NCBI GenBank assembly: GCA_001275005.1
Contig: JWZX01003057.1
Location: forward strand, 1 to 39,783
DNA: 39,783 bases
From: Chrysochromulina tobinii
Taxonomy: Eukaryota
Reading direction: 5' to 3'
The position numbers were made by a program, and so were the translations under genes. The notes below the pieces were generated by a model. That model did not search any database. It saw nothing but the letters and a program-made list of their open reading frames with translations, and was not told the origin of the DNA. Shown piece after piece: positions 33,995 through 39,783 of this stretch. Within the stretch, counting starts at the first letter, position 1; each line of letters begins with the position of its first letter.

Positions 33995-34618
33995 TCAGAG
34001 CTTGGCGCATGCGTGCGTCTTGAAGGACGCCTTGAGCTCATCGACGCGCGCAATCGCCGGGAAGAAGTGTACCTGCCCTGGCTTGGCTCCTCTGGCGAGC
34101 GCCTCGGGGCTGTTTGCCTGCTCACCCGGGCCCACGTTCCAGAACTGCTCGGGCGTCTGCGTCTCTTTGAAGTACACCAAGATGGGAAAGCTCTCCGATG
34201 GGAAAAAGTCCCAGTTGACGAACTCATCGTAGCGCCAGACGTTCTCGCCGCCAACAACGACGTTCTCACCTGTAGATGAGCCGTCCGCCTTCACGAGCGC
34301 AAAGCTGGTCTCGTCGAATGTGAAGCGCAGCGTGGTCGTTTGGAAGGCGATGAAGAGGCCGAAGACGGCGCAGAGCGCGCCAAGGGCGTAGCCCGCGCGC
34401 GAAGCCAAGCTCGGTGCACGGCTCGGCAGTCCGAAGACGCCGCCAAGAAGGACGGAGCCGATGGCGAGATCGTAGGAAGGGTTGATTACCTCCAGAGAGG
34501 CTGCGGGTCCTGTGCAGCGTGCAGCGGCGCGGCCTCGTGCAGGCGCAAGCGCTGGCAACGTGAACGCGGTCATCGTTGGCAACGCGAGGAGCACGAGGAA
34601 ACCCTTGCTCTTCGCCAT
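33995..34618 (-). CDS. DUF3119 family plastid membrane protein
   Basis: Signal + TAF transit motif, two TM helices, QTTTLRFTFD, WRYDEFVNWDFFP...PILVYFKETQ, QVHFFP. Confidence 0.88.
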   Translation of the reverse strand: MAKSKGFLVLLALPTMTAFTLPALAPARGRAAARCTGPAASLEVINPSYDLAIGSVLLGGVFGLPSRAPSLASRAGYALGALCAVFGLFIAFQTTTLRFTFDETSFALVKADGSSTGENVVVGGENVWRYDEFVNWDFFPSESFPILVYFKETQTPEQFWNVGPGEQANSPEALARGAKPGQVHFFPAIARVDELKASFKTHACAKL

Positions 34619-34698
34619 GTGTGAGCGAGCACACACGACAATTAATTTTCTTTCCTAAAATGGGCTACCGGTACATCCGATTCACACGTGAAGCTCGC

Positions 34699-37600
34699 TT
34701 AATCGCGAACAGCGGCGCACGCGCACAGGCGCGTCGTCAGTTTATGGAAGCCGAGGCACGTGGGCGCCTCCGTGTTGACGAGACACATTCTCGGCTTGCT
34801 TTCGGCCGGGGCGTCTTCGGACACCAGAGCAGGCTGGTCGGCACCGAACGACACCTCACAGCCCTGGCACTTGAGGTACTTCTCGAGCTCGGAGCACACG
34901 TTGATCGCCCTCAGCCCCTCTTCGGAACAGCGCTTCCCACTGGCTGCGCATGTCGCCTCGCAATCGGCGCTCTGCTTGGCCACGAACACGCTCCACGGAT
35001 CCTCGATGGCATCGGCGCCCACCTCGGCGCGAAGCAGGCCACGTGTGACCTCCTCGTCGAGCTCGGCGCTCGACACGGCGCCCACCTCAGCTTGAGACTC
35101 GTCCACGCGCTCACCGCCATCGGCGCCGTGCCGAGCGCCGACGAATTTCCGACTGCTCACGAGTTGCCTAATCCGGTCGAGCGCCTTTTGCAGTCGTTTC
35201 ATCTTATCGCCCTCGCCGCCGCCGCTGCCGCCGCTGCTGCTCCTGACGCTCCTTACGCTCCTGCTGCCGCTTCCGCCGCCGCCGCCGCCGCTGCTTCCGC
35301 CGCGCTCCCCTGTGAGCTGGGGAGGAGAGGGCGCCGTAGTGAGCACTTGCATGCTGCTGCTGCTGCTGCGCTGGCCGCTGATCGACTGCTCGATCGTAAC
35401 GGTCGGCGTGTCGATCTCCGGTGTGGGCGCCGTCGTGGGCGTCACCGTGCGCGCATCGTGCGCACGGAACGAAGGCAGCGCGCGTAGCGGTGGCAGCGAC
35501 CCCAGAGGAGCGGTGACGCGTTCCTGATGAGGGAGCCAATCAGGTGCCATCAGTGACCATCAGTTCCTGATGAGGGAGCCAATCAGGTGCCATCGGTGAC
35601 CATCAGTGGCCATCAGAGACAAGCCATGCCGATCAGCGACCCCAGAAGATTGGCGACGCGAGCCTTGCTCAGGGAGAGCGCCACGTCATCAGCGATCATC
35701 AGCGATACTCAGTGACAATCAGCGTGCCTTGCTCGGGGAGAGCGCCACGTTCTTGTAGGAGCTCGCCGACCATTGAATCCTCGCAGGGCTGAAGAACGTG
35801 GGCGAGTGCTGCGCCGCCTCGGTGCACGGCCATAGGTCGTCATCCGGGCACTGCTTCTCATTGAAGACCTGCCATCAGAGGTACTCAGAGGTACTCAGAG
35901 GTCATGAGAGGTCATCAGAGGTACTCGGCGGTACTCAGAAGTACTCAGAGGCCATCATAGGCCATCGGAGGCCATCAGAGGCCATCAGAGGCCATCAGAG
36001 GCCATCAGAGGTCATCAGAGGTCATCAGAGGTCATCAGAGGTCATCAGAGGTCATCAGAGGTCATCAGAGGTCATCAGTAGCCATCAGAGGCCATCAGCG
36101 TCATCAGGGCTAATGCTTCTCATGACTCACCTCTGCTGGCAGTAACCAGTCATATAGCAGCGAGTAACAACCCGGGTTGAACCGGTTCGTCAGTTGAGCG
36201 AGGGTCGAGATATGACCCACATGGTGGAACGTATTGTACCGGTAGATCCGGTCGGAGCGGCCCTTGGCATAGGCAGCGGTATCGTCACGCTCTCCCTGAG
36301 ACAAGTCGGGCGCTCGCAATCAGAAGACATGTCGGGCGCTCGCAATCCGAAGCCATGTCGGGCGCTCGCAATCCGAAGCCATGCCGGGCGCTCGCAATCC
36401 GAAGACATGCCGGGCGCTCGCAATCCGAAGACATGTCGGGCGCTCGCGAACCAAGGCCATCAGTGGCAATCCGTGGCAATCCGAGGCGATCAGTGGCAAT
36501 CCGAGGCAATCAGTGGCCCACCGAGGCCATCCGAGGCCATCCGAGGCCATCCGAGGCAATCCGACACGTACCGAGAACCATTCGAAGAGTAGATGACCGA
36601 GGCAATCAGTGGCAATCAGTGGCAATCAGTGGCAATCAGTGGCAATCAGTGGCAATCAGTGGCAATCAGTGGCAATCAGTGGCAATCAGTGGCAATCCGA
36701 CACGTACCGAGAACCACTCGAAGAGTAGATGATCGGGAGGGCGTCGGTCAAAGTGCGCCGCCAGGTGCGATGCCAAAGACGGCAGGTCGGACTGGCGTAC
36801 CTGATGAGGGAGGCAATCAGAGGTCGGACTGGCGTACCTGATGAGGGAGGCAATCAGAGGTCGGACTGGCGTACCTGATGAGGGAGGCAATCAGAGGTCG
36901 GACTGGCGTACCTGGCAAGTTGACGCGCTGCGATGAGCACTTGCATGCAAGGCAGGTCGGACTGGCGGACGCGCTGCGATGAGCACTTGCATGCAAGGCA
37001 GGTCGGACTGGCGGACGCGCTGCGATGAGCACTTGCATGCACGGCAGGTCGGACTGGCGTACCTGCGATATGGTACCATCAGAGGTGCCATCAGAGGTCA
37101 CCATAGGCCATCAGAGGGGCCATCAGAGGGGCCATCAGAGAGGCCATCAGAAGTTACCATAGGCCATCAGAGAGGCCATCAGAGGTTACCATAGGCCATC
37201 AGAGAGGCCATCAGAGGTTACCATAGGCCATCAGAGGTTACCATAGGACATCAGAGGGTGGCGCTCACCACGACGCCGTTGAAGCCGTAGCTCACACGGA
37301 GTGCCAAGGCCATCAGAGGGGCCATCAGAGGGTGGCGCTCACCACGACGCCATTGAAGCCGTAGCTCACACGGAGCGCCAACCATCGAGGATCATACCGG
37401 TACGCCTTGTCGATCGCGTGGTGTACACTCGCGAGGCCGTGCGGGCACAGCAGCCAATCGTCCTCGAGCAACATCAGGTGCGCCGCCGCTGGGCGCACGT
37501 TGAGTAGCGCTTCGAAGGCGCTCACAAGGTCGCAAGATTGCTGCTGGACTGAGGCCTTCGGAGGCGCGTGAGAGCCTCCCGCCTTGGGTGCGCGCGGGCA

Positions 37601-38239
37601 GCGGAGCGGCGGGCTGCGCGGCTTCTTGACGATGAAGCGGGCGGCATGAGCATACGTGCGCGCCGCCTGCTCGAAGATCCGGTGCTCCCCGGGCTCGTGG
37701 TTGTTGTTGACGACCACGATGTCCGTCGAGGTGCGCATCGGGTGTGCGGGCTCGGCGGGCATCTCCTCGACGATCGCGTGGAGCGTGCGCAGCAGGTAGT
37801 CGGCGTTGTGACTGCGGGCGATGCTCACGATCGCGAAGCGCAGCCAGATGGCGCCGCTCGGAGCCTCTACTGGCACCGATGGCACCGACGACGACGACGA
37901 TGCTGGCAGCTCACGCGCTGGCGTGGGCAGCTGCTGGGAGGACGCGGCGCTATCGAAAGATGCCGATAAGGTGCGCTGCACGCGATCAAGCATCGAGATT
38001 ACACTCTGATCTATATCATCGCAGCTCAAATTGCGCAGCGCAGCCGAATTGCGCTGCGCGAGCAGCACGAGCGCCTTGAGCGCCTCACTGTCCTCAGCGC
38101 TCGAGCTGGCGCACGATCGCTCGGAGCTGTTGAATTGGTGGATGAGCACCCACGGGAAGAATAGGCTTGCGGACGCCGCAGCGGCGATCACCAGGTAGCT
38201 GCGCGTCTGCTGTGGCGTCGGCCGATTCGCTTGCTGCAT
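34699..38239 (-). CDS. Type II membrane glycosyltransferase (GT54/MGAT4-like) with C-terminal MGAT5-like Cys-rich domain; exons 38239-37343, 36800-36708, 36295-36131, 35868-35728, 35523-34699
   Basis: N-terminal TM, AIVSIAR...DYL.RTL, LLEDDW.LC, LRVSYGFNG, FHHVGHISTL. Tail C...C....C..IN.C...DQP...CL...C......RLCAC. All exon lengths are multiples of 3 and join without stops. Confidence 0.75.
35869..36130 (-). repeat. Intron filled with (CTCTGATGAC/CTCTGATGGC)n decamers
   Basis: Plus-strand GTCATCAGAG/GCCATCAGAG arrays bounded by GTGAGT and CAG on the minus strand. Confidence 0.85.
36296..36707 (-). repeat. Intron with (CTGATTGCCA)n decamers, a 24-bp repeat and a copy of the upstream exon end
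   Basis: GGCAATCAGT x9 at 36601-36690, CGGGCGCTCGCAATCCGAAG x5-6, and an exon-end copy at ~36555-36594. Confidence 0.85.
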
Positions 38240-38411
38240 CTTGCCTAGCCGCTGAGGCGCGCGCGACGTTCACACGTCGGACGAACGTTAACACACATCA
38301 TTTTAGCTGATCGAAACAAGCTTTTCCTCAGTACTCTATGGCCTGAATCGAATCACGTATCGCCCAAGTCCGCCCATATACCGTTCACTTACACCGGCGT
38401 GACTGTGAAAA

Positions 38412-38725
38412 CACTGTGTGTGAAGTTAAACGGGTCCTCCCCGACACAAAGACACAATGTCCTCACACTGGCGTGGCCATTCTATTTAACACGGCTTACG
38501 ATAAAGGTGAGCCGTGTTAAATATCGTGAGCCGTGTTATATATAGAAATATAGCGCGTGAAACTGTATCTGCGGAAAGAAACGCTCAGATCTAACGAAAC
38601 GTCTAAGAAACCTGAGACGTCCTGAAAACGCTAAGCGCGTGATCCGACTACAGTAAGGGACAATCGGACGCTGACGCGTATCTCCGTGGTTCATGCCACA
38701 TGCGGATATTTCCCCACACACAGTG
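38412..38725. mobile_element. Putative non-autonomous TIR element (MITE, CACTG termini)
   Basis: Perfect 11-bp terminal inverted repeats CACTGTGTGTG (38412) and CACACACAGTG (38715). AT-richer than its surroundings, with an internal hairpin at 38483-38523. No target-site duplication found. Confidence 0.5.
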
Positions 38726-38942
38726 CGACAGGTCGTTTATAGGGCTTCGTGCATCATAGCATCATTGTGCATGAGCCATGACGTGATGCGCATTTGATCT
38801 CTGAGAGCCATTTCCAATTACGCTGTACGGCTGTCGTCACACAGTACGGTTGTGCGACAGCCCCAGCGGTGCCACTGCGCACAAGCAGTGGCGCCGTTAA
38901 GCCCGCCCTGTAACTACGTGAAGGGCAAGCAGCGCCGACCAC

Positions 38943-39012
38943 CTCCAGTGCTCTCCAATATCTCCCAATATCTCCCCATATCTCCAATATCTCCAGTGCT
39001 CTCCAATATCCC
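38943..39012. repeat. (CTCCAATAT)-type microsatellite downstream of AMP deaminase
   Basis: CTCCAGTGCTCTCCAATATC x2 with intervening CTCCCAATAT units. Confidence 0.75.
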
Positions 39013-39163
39013 AACGCAGCCTCTCCACCCAAAGGCGCCATAGCTGCCCCAAGCGCCCGGTGAGCTCTCACAAATCCTGTTCTGACGTTGGCGGACTGCC
39101 GCCTCATTCCCCACAGCCTCCTTAGGCGCAAAGCCTTTGGCCGCCGGCCGCGAATTGAAGCGT

Positions 39164-39783
39164 TCACTTTGCAGGCGTCACCTTGAGCGACCTTTTGAAC
39201 TGGCTAGCAGCGAACGTCGCGCGCAGTGTCTTCGAGGAGAAAAAGCTCGCCAACAAGCCTGGCTTAGCTGGCTTAGCTGGCTTCTTGCCGTCGCCACCCC
39301 CGGCGCTCCGGGGGCTGTTGCGCCACGCGGATTCCATCACTGAATCGTTGATCATGCTTTCGGTCTTCGTCAGAGCTCGCTTCTTCGCGAACTGCTGGTT
39401 CTCCCCTGCTTGCAGCATTTTATCCGATGGATCGGAGCGCTCCAGCCCATGGACCGGGTACATGGGCGGAGGCAGGCCGATGATCATGTTGTTGCGCGCC
39501 CTCTCATCGTGCCGGAAGTCGAATCGCCGCTTGGGCACGTTGCACCGATCGCACGGGTCCGGTCCTCCGATGAGCTCCTCTCGAAGCTCATGACGTGCGG
39601 ACGAGATGAGGACGGAATTGCGCGCGATCTCGCTCAAATCGGTCATCGTCAGACTCCATGCGTGCTTCGCCGTGATGTACTCCTCCATCTGAGGTTGGTT
39701 GCTCATGTGGAACTGGAGGGGGTCGTCGGTTGTGAGCGTCACGCGCAAGCCACGCTTGAACATCATCGGGAACGGGTTCTTTG
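39164..39783 (-). CDS. AMPD: AMP deaminase, C-terminal part (gene continues beyond the window)
   Basis: NPFPMMFKRGLRVTLTTDDPLQFHM..P.MEEY..AK..W.L...DLSEIARNSVL.S, NVP..RF.FR. Confidence 0.92.
   Translation of the reverse strand, partial: KNPFPMMFKRGLRVTLTTDDPLQFHMSNQPQMEEYITAKHAWSLTMTDLSEIARNSVLISSARHELREELIGGPDPCDRCNVPKRRFDFRHDERARNNMIIGLPPPMYPVHGLERSDPSDKMLQAGENQQFAKKRALTKTESMINDSVMESAWRNSPRSAGGGDGKKPAKPAKPGLLASFFSSKTLRATFAASQFKRSLKVTPAK

Noticed and set aside
36601..36696. (GGCAATCAGT)n as an interstitial telomere
   Set aside because: It does not resemble TTAGGG-type repeats and is one of several interchangeable intronic decamer variants.
35869..37330. Repeat arrays as a CRISPR array
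   Set aside because: They are tandem decamers and exon copies without unique, constant-length spacers. They lie inside spliceosomal introns, and no cas genes are present.

Overview
GC-rich, gene-dense eukaryotic nuclear DNA. The gene set, bipartite plastid-targeting N-termini and (CTCTGATGAC/CTGATTGCCT)n introns suggest a haptophyte alga, possibly Chrysochromulina-like (inference). Recognisable host genes are a PAP2 lipid phosphatase, a glycosyltransferase-like protein, TCF25/Rqc1, a voltage-sensing phosphatase (VSD+PTEN+C2), ESF2/ABT1, a ChaN-like/SAM-methyltransferase fusion, NPL4, cytosolic FBPase, LL-DAP aminotransferase, a tandem DUF305 protein, DUF3119, a GT54/MGAT4-like protein with an MGAT5-like Cys-rich tail, and the 3' end of AMP deaminase. 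The first ~7 kb looks accessory or mobile: a frameshifted DnaG primase fragment, degenerate Pro-rich repeats, a very divergent Pif1-family helicase, and a motif-rich block after it. The strongest unexplained signal is intron architecture. Many introns are built from templated copies of their own flanking exons, and two contain a copy of the spliced exon-exon junction. They also carry sense-oriented branchpoint-like decamer arrays and short cassettes shared between unrelated genes, and almost all are phase 0. This points to an active intron-generating mechanism. All calls come from reading the sequence by eye; no searches were run.
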